Below, one piece after another: positions 12,901-25,868 of a stretch of 64,000 nt of DNA. A program made the translations under genes and the position numbers. Each line of letters begins with the position of its first letter. Position 1 is the stretch's first letter. This stretch comes from Dicyema japonicum (lineage: Eukaryota; Animalia; Dicyemida): assembly GCA_011109175.1 (NCBI GenBank), contig RDEW01000018.1:617304-681303 (forward strand), given 5' to 3'. The notes under the pieces were generated by a model. It made no database searches. It saw only the letters and a program-made list of their open reading frames with translations, and was not told where the DNA came from.

Positions 12901-13600
12901 TCTTAGAATATCGTTTAACGGCGTAGAAACACATTTTGTTACACGGCCGATTCTAAGACTGTACAAAGCATGCTCCTTGTTGGAGTTCTGTAGATGAGAA
13001 AATGATGATTTTGCCATGTGACAGGATAGACTTTTTTCCGTAGGAAGAATTTACATAGTCGTATATTGANCCACTGTCTTAGAATATCGTTTAACGGCGT
13101 AGAAACACATCTTGTTACACGGCTGATTCTAAGACTGTACAAAGCATGCCCCAAGGGGCTCCTTGTTGGAGTTCTGTAGATGAGAAAATGATGATTTTGC
13201 CATGTGACAAAATAGACTTTTTTCCGTAGGAAGAATTTACATAGTCGTATATTGAGAGGAAGTGGATGAAACAATCCTCTGGGCTGGTTGTGGGTTTTCG
13301 ACAAACATTGAATCATATTAACTATCATCCTGACCGTGCAGGTTCTGATAGGCCATTCTCTAAACTCTTTCAATTTTGAACTGGATGTTATTCGAATCAA
13401 GATCCAAGTGCGTCAGATACTTCCTTCTGTTTTTTTCAGAGATGACTGCGTCACTTTGTCCATGCTCACGAGAAGTAGACAGGGATCTTTATTCATAATA
13501 AAGCTAAGTAGATATTTCGTGAAATTGAGGAACACCACCACCTCGACCTTCCACCAACTAAGCGCCTGCCTAACTGGCATTACTGATAATTAACAATTTT
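12901..13600 (-). mobile_element. CRE-type RT fragment, partly duplicated around a single n
   Basis: QQG.PLGHALYSLRISRVTRCVSTPLN matches QQGDPLGPLLFALGIHGVSACLKSPLN near 39 kb. Confidence 0.7.
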
Positions 13601-13713
13601 TTATTCTTATTTTCACTTACTGTGGAACAAGGTAGGAATAAAGGGCTTAAAACCTAAATTGTCAGATTTACCGCCATAAAAGAAAATAGCTAAATTTAAA
13701 AATTAATTATTAG

Positions 13714-15024
13714 TTAGTTTTTGAGTTGATATCCAAAATTAGGTCGAGGAGGTGGTGTCCCTACCAATTAAATTTCGGTCAAACTAGCAAAAGTGCTTGA
13801 TATTTTCCGTCCTTCCACCTCTGACACATCATTTAGGGCATCTGTGGCATCCTTTCTTGTGTTGAAGTTTACGAATCCATAACTGAGAATATCACTACAT
13901 TTTTACCCTCGTGACCTTCCTGTTTCGTGGTCCAATATTATGGCTGCAGAAACGGCATTCGGGAACGCAGCCTTGAGTCCTTCTCTAGTCGTTAGGGGAG
14001 ACAGGTATTTGACGAAAATGGAGACCCCCTGTTTTCTTTCCGGTGTCACTGGTTCATTTGTGGCTATAATCGATAGTCTTCTATTCTTAAAAGGTTTCCC
14101 GATCTGTTCTAATGTTGCTGGTAACCCTCCGGCGGGGACCACGACTTTTGCGTACCTAGGCATATTTAACCATTATAACTTGTTTTTTAGCCGTATTCTA
14201 CTCAAAACAATTCCTTTATCCTTGAAGAAATCACTTATCTCCTGAATGGTCACATTGGGCTGTAAATTGCCAATTACGACTGTAACCGGGGAATCTTGCT
14301 GTAATTATTTTATATTACCGTTTCTTTCGTCAACCATAATGCCTTCATTTCTTCCATTTGCAGAATTTTGACTATCACTTCTTTGTGCTTTGTTAGGTGC
14401 ATTATTTGACGAGAATCTTTTCGACTTCTTTTGAAAGTTCCTTGAAATGACTGTTTTTTGCTTTTTGGAAGTGTTTTTTGAAGCGGTTTTATCTGATGAG
14501 TCTATTTTGTAAGAAGTTCTATTACCTGAATCACTGCTTAAGGAGTCTTCCTTGGGCTCTTTTACTTTTTGTGACGTCGGGGGAGTTCTTTTTTTAATGG
14601 CGGGTTCATTCGAAAAATCTATCATTCATGAAGGGTGATTACCGGAATCAGTGCTTGATGAATCCTCCTTCTCCTTTTCAACTTGTGACGGTCTCTGATG
14701 AGCTCCGTTTTTAGTGACAGGGTCTTTCTTTGAGTCTTCAGTAATAATCAGATCATCACCAGGGTTGCTTGAGCTCGATGAAGAATCGGAATCGGGTTGA
14801 TTCACTTCAATCGATTCGCTCGAGGTTTTATCCGTCTGTTTTTCTGAATTCTGATCTTTTTGAATTTTCACTATTCCAATATTCGTACACCTAAAAGGTT
14901 TTCTATCTGAGTTTTTTCTCCTTTTTTTCTTGATAATAATTCGAAAGACTGCAATAAGTAATCACTTACGTGTTGACTCGGAAGAATCTGAGTCATCAGT
15001 TATAGAAACTGTGCGAGGCTTCAT
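13714..15024 (-). CDS. Nucleolin-like RNA-binding protein: S/D/K-rich N-terminus plus two RRMs; multiple tiny introns
   Basis: TVVIGNLQPNVTIQEISDFFK (RNP2), SIFVKYLS..DHETGRSRG|YGFVNF (RNP1); introns of about 20-24 nt restore the frame. Confidence 0.8.
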
Positions 15025-15219
15025 TTTTGCTGAAATGGACGTTCAGAGAATTTATACCCGCCAAATTTGCGTAGATTACTTCCAGACTAAGGAAGTATTT
15101 AAAAGGAAGTATTGATTGAGCAAGTCAATTTTTTTAAATTGTGATTATAATTAATGTTATTGTTAGAAATTTAACATCACGTTTTTGATTATCAAAATTA
15201 CATAATAAAAACCGATTCA

Positions 15220-15515
15220 TATAATGGCTAATTGGTAGAAGTTTTCTGTTTTTTGTCTGTTCCTCCTCTCTCTTCCTATTAGAGTGGCGTCATGTGATCC
15301 ATTTGTCTAGGTGGCGCCCAGTGCCAGGCCGGCACGAAAAAGGATCATTTGCTTTCCTCCACTCCACTGGAGGCGTTTTCACAACTGCAAATATGGACGT
15401 CTTTTACCCTTTATGTTGATTCCGGATGGACTGTGTTTCTGTAGAAGTGGAAACTGGATAAACTTAATTAGTTGTTAATTTTACTTCTTTCTCGTTGTAT
15501 CCGGGGTTAATAAAT
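15220..15515 (+). mobile_element. Family B short non-autonomous retroelement (LINE 3' tail)
   Basis: Highly similar to the reverse complement of 61195-61480 and to 18950-19170. Confidence 0.8.
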
Positions 15516-15659
15516 TAAATTAATTGAATTAAATATGATCACTTGATGATATTATCGATCAAAACTTTTTTGGGTCATGATTGCCGATGACTCTAAGGAA
15601 CCACTCTCTGCTGGACATGGCGGCCAGTTTCCTACATGTTTGTTAGCTAGAAGTAACTG

Positions 15660-15870
15660 AATTCTTTATTTACGCCAGGTTTAAAATCTTTGGTAAGCCC
15701 AGTACACAGTTACAACTAACTAACTAAAATATCCAAGGGAGAACGTCTGCTTGTATCGACCAGCTCCATCCTCCAATAGTCCATTACAGGCTTCCAAAGA
15801 GAAGCGGAGAATTATGTTTGCCTTTTCGTCGAGTACATGACTTCATTCTTTAGCGGATATTATCTATTAT
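15660..15870 (-). mobile_element. SINE family A, 3' part
   Basis: Shares gcctgtaatggac..tgggcttaccaaagatt with copies at 21.3, 29.2 and 32.0 kb. Confidence 0.75.
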
Positions 15871-15899
15871 TAAACACATAAATTATTTTTATAAACACA

Positions 15900-17160
15900 A
15901 AAATTTAACAACTACCAAAAGTTCCTTACATTCATGGCTGGCCGCTTTCAAAATTGAAACACATTCCCCCCCGACAATTTCTAAGAAAAGGAAATGTCTC
16001 ATTAAGTCATTTTTTCCTCTTCTATCATATTGACATTTGCGTATACAGGAGTGACCAAAGATCCTCAAAGAAAAGTGAAGATGTGAAAATGATGTTAACA
16101 AGATTAGAAAAATTGAAGAGGTCGTTTCCAGAGAAAATTTAAAAGTTCTATTCTGGACTGTTTTCACGGACTAGCTGGAATACGTTGCCAGTACGAATGA
16201 AACAATTGGAAGTGGTCCCAAGTCAGATGACTCTGGTAATATTCATATGTTCTGACCAGCCTAAATCCTAAAGAAGCTTGCATTTAACATCTCGAAAAGC
16301 CGAAGAAAACTATTAAGTAGGTGGTGGAAAGTAAGGTTGCACTACGAAAAAAAAGGCTACCACGAAGTAAGTTAAAGGTAACCAATATAATGGTGGATTA
16401 TGAGTACAGAATAACACCTATATGTGAAAGTGGTATAAGAAAATTTGAAAATTACTTCACATAAACAAAGGAGTTATTCCAATCTTAAAAAAAGACTACT
16501 GTGGCTCATATTAGTTGACCGCGGTTTCATGCGTTTCCGCAAAAAACAAGGAAACCCATTAAGGGAAGAAGTTATCCATGCGGAGAAATCAGCCCTGATT
16601 AAAGACATCTTGATCGAATTCTCTTACTGGAATTCCGGAGGGCGATGGGATCGCTGGTGACCTCTTAACGGGATCAAACCTCTTTTTTATATCGATGCAG
16701 ATTTTTCCATTAACAACAGCCATGCTGTTAGAATAAATTATTCCGAATAAAAGGTATCAATGATANGTTTCCGCAAAAAACAAGGAAACCCATTAAGGGA
16801 AGAAGTTATCCATGCGGAGAAATCAGCCCTGATTAAAGACATCTTGATCGAATTCCCTTACTGGAATTCCGGAGGGCGATGGGATTGCTGGTGGCCTCTT
16901 AATGGGATCAAACCTCTTTTTTATATCGATGCAGATTTTTCCATTAACAACAGCCATGCTGTTAGAATAAATTATTCCGAATAAAAGGTATCAATGATAG
17001 AACCGTTAACACGTTGTGATAGTTGGACTCGGCAGAAACCACTCGTGTCTCCTGTAGGAACCCTGGTGTCTTTCGGCATAGAAGAAAACATTTGATTCGT
17101 GAACTGGATAGTTCCTCCTCTTTTTGGCAAGATGATCTACACATCGTCATTCCGAAATTC
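15900..17160 (+). mobile_element. Highly degenerate LINE 3' region with internal duplication at an n
   Basis: LEY.A..MKQLEVVPSQM post-RT motif; about 240-bp repeat either side of the n near 16766. Confidence 0.5.
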
Positions 17161-17439
17161 AAAAATACTAATTTTGACGTTTAAAAAATTTCACGGCTAA
17201 CGTTTATTTCTGCAGCTACCACAGACCCCGTTACGATTGACTCTGATACATTTTTTCATAATCTACGAATAATAACAAGAAAACCTCAGAATACTCCAAA
17301 TTGCTAATTTGTATCCCCTAACCCTCTCATTTGTGTTACTTCCTATGAATCCGAGGACATTTCAGCCAACAACACCGATAAATTTTCCCTTTTTTAGAAA
17401 TTAGAAATCCGCTGTTTATCTGAACAAAGCAAGCTGAGG

Positions 17440-18325
17440 AAACTTATATTTTATATTCCACAGTCGATTTGCAAAAGTCCTTCAATTGGATGCCCAGTTA
17501 CCTCGAATGAGTTCAAAATGAACAATTTTTTGTTTGCCAAGCCAACATACTTGTAAGAATAATTCACTACCAATAACCCCTAGGAGTGGAAAACACATAA
17601 AAACTTGCCTTTTGCATATTTCGTGATTATTTTTTATGCAAATAAGTCTTAAATTACTCTTAGGCGATCTAAAAGTCAAGGTGGCTGATAACCATAATCC
17701 TCAGTGAAATCCCCATTGAAGAGCTAAAGTAATATAATTTACTAAACCTTGTCGTCTAGTACGGCAGTCGAAATTTATTCTAATGACAATAAAATTATTT
17801 ACTTTAAGAATATCAGATTTCTTAACTAGATCTCTGGAATCGACTCATTAACGTAATTTTTTCTTTTGGCTTTCGAATTTCCACATGATGATGAAGTGGG
17901 GTAATTAATTTAATAGCTGTGGACACTCAAAACTGTTTAAGAGTTACCCCCATGATTGAATGAATAGGTTAATAGCTGTAGATAGTATAGTCAAGATCCC
18001 AGCAATATATTACATAGAATTTCTTCCAGCCGAAGCTAGGGGAGCGTTGAAATGGTAGTCTACCTTGATGAGAAAGTTGTGGATTATCAGATAGTTACTG
18101 CGACCTCATATTACATAAAATTTCTTCCAGCCGAAGCTAGGGGAGCGTTGAAATGGTAGTCTACCTTGATGAGAAAGTTGTGGATTATCAGATAATTACT
18201 GCGACCTCACTAATTAATGCAAGAAACTGACGCTATCAAAACATTTAACCTGAAAATTGTAACACAATATAAAATAAGTGATTCTACACTTGAATAGTTG
18301 AAATGTCAATAGTAAAATCATTTTC
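17440..18325 (-). CDS. Possible multi-exon gene of unknown function
   Basis: Series of 19-30 nt GT..AG segments between short open frames and a hydrophobic start (MILLLTFQLF); exon chain not resolved. Confidence 0.35.
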
Positions 18326-18799
18326 AGTCGACGAATTTTGATTTATTCGCTTTCATCCATTTAATTCTCAATCTTTAGACTTGTGCTTAATTGCTCATTG
18401 GATGACTATTCAATTGCTTGCACTTAGAAAAAAAATTTAGCTCTATAGTAGCAATGCTTTCAAAAACTTACCAAAAATACACCAATAATCTAAATATATG
18501 CCTGCTTTGTTTTGTCTCACATATCTATCTTTTTCTAAATGAAATTCAGTTTTTTCTAGATNTTCAATTGCTTGCACTTAGAAAAAAAATTTAGCTCTAT
18601 ATTAGCAATGCTTTAAAAAACTTATCCAAAAATACACCAATAATCTAAATATATGTCTGCTTTGTTTTGTCTCACTTATATATCTTTTTCTAAATGAAAT
18701 TCAGTTTTTTCTAGAGTGAAGTCTACAAGAACTAAATTATTTTTTTATCATAGAATTTATCACACTAAATGTGGAGCTTCTGCAAATTATTCTCAAGTT

Positions 18800-19175
18800 C
18801 TTTCAAATTAGGCTTGACAATTTTCGATCCCGAATCCTATGTGCTTCTAAAACTACCCTTCAGAGTTAAGGGTTTCCAATGTATCATGATGAACGGGGAC
18901 ACATGGTGCCATGTGACTATTCGACTTAAGATTTCTGTTTGTTTCTTCTGATCCTCAATTTCTCTTTCAAATATAGTGGGGTCTTGGTGGCGTCCAGTGC
19001 CAGAGTGGCACGAAAAAGGATCATTTTCTCTCCCCCACTCCATTGGAGGGGTTTCTACAAATGGAAGAAATGGACATCTTTTACATTTTATGCTAGTTCT
19101 GGATGGACGTGTGTGACATTGTTGACTATTAACTTCTTTCTCGGTGCATCTGGGGTTATTAGTAATGTCTCCTGA
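18800..19175 (+). mobile_element. Family B element with degenerate B-box
   Basis: ttcgatccc near 18823; body ggcacgaaaaaggatcatt..ggatggac..cttctttctcggtg. Confidence 0.7.
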
Positions 19176-19441
19176 GTCCGTCACCTCGTCCATGCTTGCA
19201 AGAAAAAAAGACAATGGTTTTCATCCTTCGTAAAGCTAAGTATACATTTCGAGCAATAGAGGGAAATCATGTATTCTTTAAAGTGCATTTTCAATCCGAA
19301 GTCATTATGTACCAAGATTGAAAATTTTACAAAAGAGGTTACAAGTTTGTATTTTTATAATCAAAACAGGTGGCTCAAATCCAAAATGTAAATTATTTGA
19401 TTAAAAAGTCATAACGTTATTTTTGATTTTTGAATTTCCTG

Positions 19442-20481
19442 TTAAAATCCGTGTTTCTTTGATAACTTATTTTTTGACTTTTAAGCTGAATATAATACAT
19501 TTTAAATAACCTTTTTTTGATACATTCGCTCATAGTACTCCAACTCTCCTTCTCCAGCCTGTCTTGTGTTTTCAACTTCTAAAAATATTCTCACACAAAA
19601 CCAAATTGCTTAGAAATTTCCAAATTGTTCGATTGATCGCCTACAACTAACAGTAGTGTCTACCGATTCCGCTGGGATCTAGCCTCATGTAGCCTTCTGC
19701 TAAACTCGAAAATCCAGTGAGTCCCCCCATCGCTTTATAAGGCACATCTTGACCCACCGGCATCCCACGTGCCTTCCTTTCGTCTTTGGTTTCTATCATC
19801 ATTCTGTGACAATTTATTGTGTCTCCGCAAGGACAGGTGAAACTACTCGTGAATTTTTTGCACGTGCATTTCACTCGAATAAGTCAAACCATAATACTTT
19901 TTAGACATTGAAGTGAATTTATTTCATGTGCATCTACGAAATGTTTGCAGTGACATCGAATTGGCTGGGATCCGTTTGTTGGGAGATATTTGAAAGAATT
20001 ACAAGGACAATTTTTTACTAAGCAAGGGAGTCGTCTTAAAGATTGTTCAGGGATCGATTCTAAGTCGGTATGATGTTCCTTATATCTTGATGGTTCAACT
20101 TAGGAAGGACACCTGTGTTGACAAACGCATCGTGTTTCGGGGCCAATTAGCTTGCAATCCATTCCAGAAGATGAGGTCCAACTCACGAAAAGTCGATTGC
20201 GTATTCTCTAACATGAATTTAGCTATACTTTTATCACAATGTCTTTTTTGTATTTTTCATATTCCTCGGGAGTAAATGGAATTCCTCCGTCGTCCTCTCC
20301 CACAATTCTCATTAATTTTTAACTTACACCTTTTTTGTATTTTTCATATTCCTCGGGAGTAAATGGAATTCCTCCGTCGTCGTCTCCCACAATTCTCATT
20401 AATTTTTAACTTACACCTTTTATATTCAGCATAATCACAAGCAGCTTTGAGACTATCAGAATTCAAATTTATTCGCTCCAT
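19442..20481 (-). CDS. FAM221A: FAM221A-like protein; tiny introns; 87-bp internal tandem duplication
   Basis: EYKRIVGDDDGGIPFTPEEYEKYKK, NRLFVSW..GMDCKLIGPET, GQDVPYKAMGGLTGFSSLAEGYMRLDPSGIG. Confidence 0.92.
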
Positions 20482-21061
20482 ATTTTGTTTTTGTTTCCTA
20501 GCAATTATTTTAAAATTATTTCATTCAAAAATAATAATGATGATTCAATATTATTAGCAGAATAGTAGAAATCATGGATATATTTTGTTCTCTAATCGAT
20601 TTCCTGTGTGATCACAAGCACAGATACTTCTGGGTAGCAGTTAGGTCTCTCGATGAGCACAGGATGAAAATAGAAAGAGCGATCAATATATTCAGAACGA
20701 AAACGTCCAGTCCTTGGAGTTGTGGAAATTATCCTAATGGAAGGGGGATGAGTATTTTTTGTTCACCATAGCAATGAGTGCCGTGAATTCCATAACGCCA
20801 CAAGAGAATAGCAAAAATAGAGTAAAAGATAAATCTTTGAACAAATTGCAGGTTGAAGGAATGAATTTACTTAGATCATTTGGGTCACCGAGGAAGAAAA
20901 ATAAAAGTGATCACAGTTCCTACAATTACAATTGTCATCTTACGTTTGTTGTCCTCAATTATCCACCGCTGCCTAGAGGTTCCTCCATGGTCATTGTACA
21001 GGAAATCGATTGGAGAGGATAATTTCTGGGGGTGGTCTACTTTCCTTTGTATAATAATAAT

Positions 21062-21277
21062 AATATAATAAAGCCTTTTCACGAGAGCCATAGTATTTAT
21101 AGCTCCGCATAGGAAGGACACACATTTTATTTAAGTAAAGAACAGTTAATTTTAACTAATTGTAGAACCAAGGAATGATCTTCATTTCTTTTTTTTCTTT
21201 TTCTTGTGTGAGTGTCCTTTCTAGACAATCCAGTTCCGCAGTGAGTATCCACCGATGACGGCGTCACTCGTCAAACC
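21062..21277 (-). mobile_element. SINE family C, 5'-truncated
   Basis: Near-identical to 59465-59682; (ATT)n-type tail. Confidence 0.85.
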
Positions 21278-21294
21278 CTTTCCTTCGTATATTA

Positions 21295-21700
21295 GTATTA
21301 ATCCCAGGCTTACAATCTTTGGTAAGCCAAGAACAGTCACAACTAATTAATACAAGGAAAAAACCTATGGAGAAAATCTGCTTGTGTCGACCAAAAATAT
21401 CTTCCAATAGTACATTACAGGCTTCCGCTTCAAAAGAGAGGCCCGCCTTCTTCTGTTTTCATCACACGTCCCACCGTCGCTAACATCACTTCATTCTTAG
21501 GCGGAATAGTTTTCATTATGTAATCTTCATCAGAAAATTTGGTCAGGGAGAAAGTAGGAAGATCTCTTTCAACTACTGTGTCGTCCCAGTGGGATCTGTT
21601 TGACAAGAATTGACCTTCGCTGAAAACTCCATTTTTCGGATTTGAACCCACGACCTTCATATACGATGTCATTAGACGTTACGGTCAGCCAGGTGGACTT
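21295..21700 (-). mobile_element. SINE family A, near full length with tRNA-like head
   Basis: Minus strand tggctgaccgtaa..aaggtcgtgggttcaaatcc (B-box 21638-21648) followed by family body. Confidence 0.8.
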
Positions 21701-22009
21701 TCTTTTGCCTGAGAAAGAGATGGGAGAAGTGGGTTTCTTCTATAGGAGATTTTCAAAAAAACGAAAAAATCAGGCTCCGGATATTATTTCATATTTTTAA
21801 TATTCATATTTTTAAACATTTAAATATTATATAATACATGCACATGCATTTTCATGTTGTAGTTGTGTCTATATATTTTTGCATATGATGATTAACGAGA
21901 TCCAACTCTGATGTCTGATTAGTTTATGTCTGATGCAATTATTTACTGTACATGTAATTTGATTTAGTAAATGCAATTATATTGACCATTATCTTATACA
22001 TGTAACCCA

Positions 22010-23110
22010 TCTAACAAAACTGGTTCAATTCATTTCGGACGGCCTGAATACCCCAAATCCACACGAGAAAACCGTGTTGATCTTAGTGCATGTAGAGAAG
22101 GCTTTTGACTCAGCACCCCGGAAGATCCTTACAGCAAAAATTTTTAAGACATCGATCCACCATAAATTCAAATCATGTTGGCTAACTTTATCAACGGTCG
22201 AATGAGCCAAGTGGTGGCAAATAACCAAAAATCAAAACCACGATATTTTCCAAATGGAGTTCCACAAGGATCACCGTTATTACCATGCTCTTTAATATGT
22301 TCCTCAGTGACCTATTATGCCCAACTACCAAAGAAACAGTTCTTTTATCGTATGCGGATGATCTCGTGGTCGCAGTGAAACTTCGAAGAATCGAGGAGGC
22401 GACACGGTACGTGCAAGATTTACTAGACCAGATGGGTCGCTGGTTCCTGGAGAACCATCTGAATATATCACAAGGAAAGACACATGTAGTGACGTTTAAT
22501 TCAACACGAAAAGAATTACGGGCAACACCAAGAATAACATTGCATGACACACCGCTTCTTACTAAGAAGACCCTTTCAATCCTTGGCGTCATCCTGATCC
22601 CCTACTCACATTTACCCATCAAGTGGACCTAGTAATTGCGAGGATCCAAAAGAAAATTTGAATTCTCAAGTCTTTCATTCACTCTCCAGTATCTTCCCGC
22701 CCATCGTTAGAGCTCTATACAAACAATTCTTTCTATTTAGTATCAAGTACGCCTGTGCTGCATGGATTGCCCCTTCATCAATTTCGGCACAGAGCAAGCT
22801 GGAGGTTTTACAAAACTTTCATGACTACTGCTCCCCGTAGTCATGACCGATTACAGGTCACAGTTGTCTTCGATGAAAGACATCCATTGGAAGGTCAATT
22901 CTGAGTATCTCCCAGGTAGGTGCGTTGTACGTCTATTCCGCTTCATGATACATTATATTTGTGGGAACTCCTCCACTGGAGTAGGGAAAAGATGGATTTT
23001 TCGGTTGCTGGCAAGGTATTGAACGTCTCTTGAGTTAGGTGGATCCAATTGCGCCGGTAGAAATTGAAGAATTCAAAGAGTAGAAAGGAAATTCTTGGAC
23101 TAATAATTGA
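22010..23110 (+). mobile_element. Vingi-like LINE RT and C-terminal fragment
   Basis: EKAFDS, GVPQGSPL, LLSYADDLVVA, ILGV, YACAAW; frameshifted. Confidence 0.9.
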
Positions 23111-23380
23111 TTTAATATATTTAATAAAATAATATTACTGAGTTTTTTTTAAGATTTGTACATCTCAAAAATATCAACTTTTAATAATCAACTTGGGACG
23201 AAAAGGCTAATAAATCTGGTTACCCGTTTACTGTTTTATTAAAGTTTTAGTTGGCTGGATGAGTTAGGGATCCGAGGATAACTGCCATGACGTTTTGTGA
23301 TTTTTTAGTCCTGAACTTGAAGGTAAGAACTAGTACTTCATGGGGTACCAGAAAGACGAAAATAAACCTACTACACACAG

Positions 23381-25583
23381 TATTATTATTATTTAAGCCA
23401 AAGAAACACCTTCTTAACCACTAACTAATATTCAGGTGATCCCGGCATCTCTCAATAATCGGGCCATCTTTTCTCGATGATCCGACTGCGACCCCACATA
23501 TTTTCTATACGGACGGGGGTCTTTTTTCCTCCTCTTCTAAAATTACCTCCAGTTGCCTCTATCATAGACTAGAATGTTCTGGGGGTAATTTCTTTATCCG
23601 TATATTTTTCCAGTAATTTTATTGCTCTTGACTGGATCTCTTGAATTTTTATTAGGTTCGTTGCCGCCAGGTTAGATCCCCATGTAGAGGTCCCGATACC
23701 TGGCGGATAAATTCCTCTACAGTTCCAAAGGAAGGCTTTTACAAAATTGATCTCCTTTGCACAGATTAATATGATGGATTCCACATGGGCTGAGAAACAG
23801 AGGAAAGTATCAAAAGTTACTCCCAGTATCTTCTGCAACTTCCTTTGTGGTATAGTTACTCCATTTAACGTGACATAAATTGTTTGCGTTCCCATTTTTC
23901 TATTCTTAGTGACTGCTGACTTTCCGGAACATGCATTTAATTAATTTTCGCAAAACCATCCATATATGTTATTTAGTATTCCTTGTAGTCTTTCTTTAGC
24001 ATGTTCGACATCTACATCCCCAGATGCGACAAGGAAAGTAGGGACGTGACTGATTCGGATACAATGTTTCATAAATTTATTTAGATTGAGCTGGCATTGT
24101 TCTTTGTTATCTTCGTATTCTGGGTTCTTCAGACGTTTCAACATCTTCCACATATTGGAAATTGCGGTCTGATTATTCATGAATCAGAGATTCACATGAG
24201 TTTTATCCTTCAGGTGTTGTTCGTTTTTTCGTGATCAGAATGTTTAGTGCCCTGATTCGATTAATGACCTTTCTTGATCGATGCGTCATTCTCTTAAGGG
24301 TGTTTCTTTCTATAATTATTTTCTTTGTTTTTGAGTCGTATTTTAATTTTTCGTTTTTTTTATATATGCTTTTCGGATAAAAATTTTTCTCCCGTAAATG
24401 ATTGTTTTGTTGAAATAGCATACATCTCCTCTGTCTATGGAGGAGAAATTTTCAGGGTGGAAGTTTTGCAGTTTTGAATCAACAAAATTTGTAAAGTCAG
24501 TCCAATTTGCATTTTTGTAATCATAGAAATTAATAGGCTTCGGTACAAAACGTGGCTCGCAGTTCAGCTTTATTATCATTGAATGGTGGTCACTCCGGAG
24601 GTCATAACGTACCGTCCAATTAAGGCTCGGGGAAAGACTAGGCGAGAAGATTGATAAGTCTGGAGATGTCACCATGTCCTTCGTGTTATATGGTGTCCTA
24701 GTGTTCTTTTTCGGATTGTTGATGATTATTAAGTTTTGCATTTGGAAGATGTCACCATGTCCTTCGTGTTATATGGTGTCCTAGTGTTCTTTTTCGGATT
24801 GTTGATGATTATTAAGTTTTGCATTTGGAATACTAGCAGGTTTCCTCTGTTATCAGCGGCCTGGTAGTGGAACCAAGAAGGGTGCTTCGCATTCTGGTCT
24901 CCACATAAAAGCAAGTTCTCCAGTTTGTCCAAGGTCGATTGGTCAAAGAAGAATTTTTTCTTACAGGAGCCCGGAAGAGAAACATAAACATTTTTCCAAT
25001 GGAAGTTATAACAGAAATTCATTAGCTCCATGTTCGAGTCTTCCATTAGGCTCTTGTAAGAAGAAGGTTTCTCGAGGTATTTTATTCCTTTTCACACAAG
25101 AGTCAGTTGACTCCCTCCTTAGCCAGATGGGCGGTCGGATCTTATTGTGTTGCATCTATTAAAGAGAGGAGTAGGAATGTTATTTGAAAGCTTCGTTTCC
25201 TAAAAAAGGAAGAGTCAGTAGACTCCCTCCTTGGCCAGATGGGCGGTCGGATCTTATTGTGTTGCATCTATTAAAGAGAGGAGTAGGAATGTTATTTGAA
25301 AGCTTCGTTTCCTAAAAAAGGAAGATATCTACTCTGTTTCTCTCCAAGAATAAGGAAAGTTCGGCAATCTTTCCTCTGATCCCATTTATGTTTACGCTCT
25401 GTATTGTTAACTTATTTGGGTTTGGATTTTGATCAACGTCTCCTGAGGTCAATAGTCTCAATCTAGAAAATGTTCCAACATTTAAAGAATGCCGTCCAAT
25501 GGAAAGTCCTTAGGTTGGTAAGGAGAAAATGGTTCTTTTTAGATATAGTTTACCAGAAACGGTGAACCACATGACGCACGCTA
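23381..25583 (-). mobile_element. Vingi-like LINE with 5' signature, degenerate 2A, APE, internal deletion of the RT core and (TAA)n tail
   Basis: LLTSGDVDQNPNP, CGDQNAKHPSW, DLRSDH, KILGVTFD; frame jumps from pre-RT linker to post-YADD sequence at 24030. Confidence 0.9.
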
Positions 25584-25868
25584 AATTAGTTTTAGGAAAT
25601 TTTGACAAAAGATGGAAAGACACACAAATTGAGTATTTTATTGTATTAAAACAAGGGATAAACGAAAAGGGTTATAGCTAAGACAAAAAGATTGGAATGT
25701 ATATTTCCGAGGGAATTCGTTCGCAATCCACGCAGCCGGCTTCCTCAACTAACATTTGTTTCTTTGTTAAAAAATTATTTTATTCAAAAAACAAAAAAAA
25801 AACAAAATTAGTTTTTAAAATGGTTAACCATATTTAAATAAAATTTTTACTTTTTAAATTTTGTTAAA

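Noticed and set aside
21430-21672. Repeated short ORFs (KTIPPKNEV.., ACNGLLED..WAYQRL) suggesting a viral protein family
   Set aside because: Frames are not conserved among copies and the repeat has a tRNA-like head; treated as SINE family A
25603-25754. 152-bp TG..CA segment with AATAAA, possible solo LTR
   Set aside because: Single copy in the window and no matching TSD
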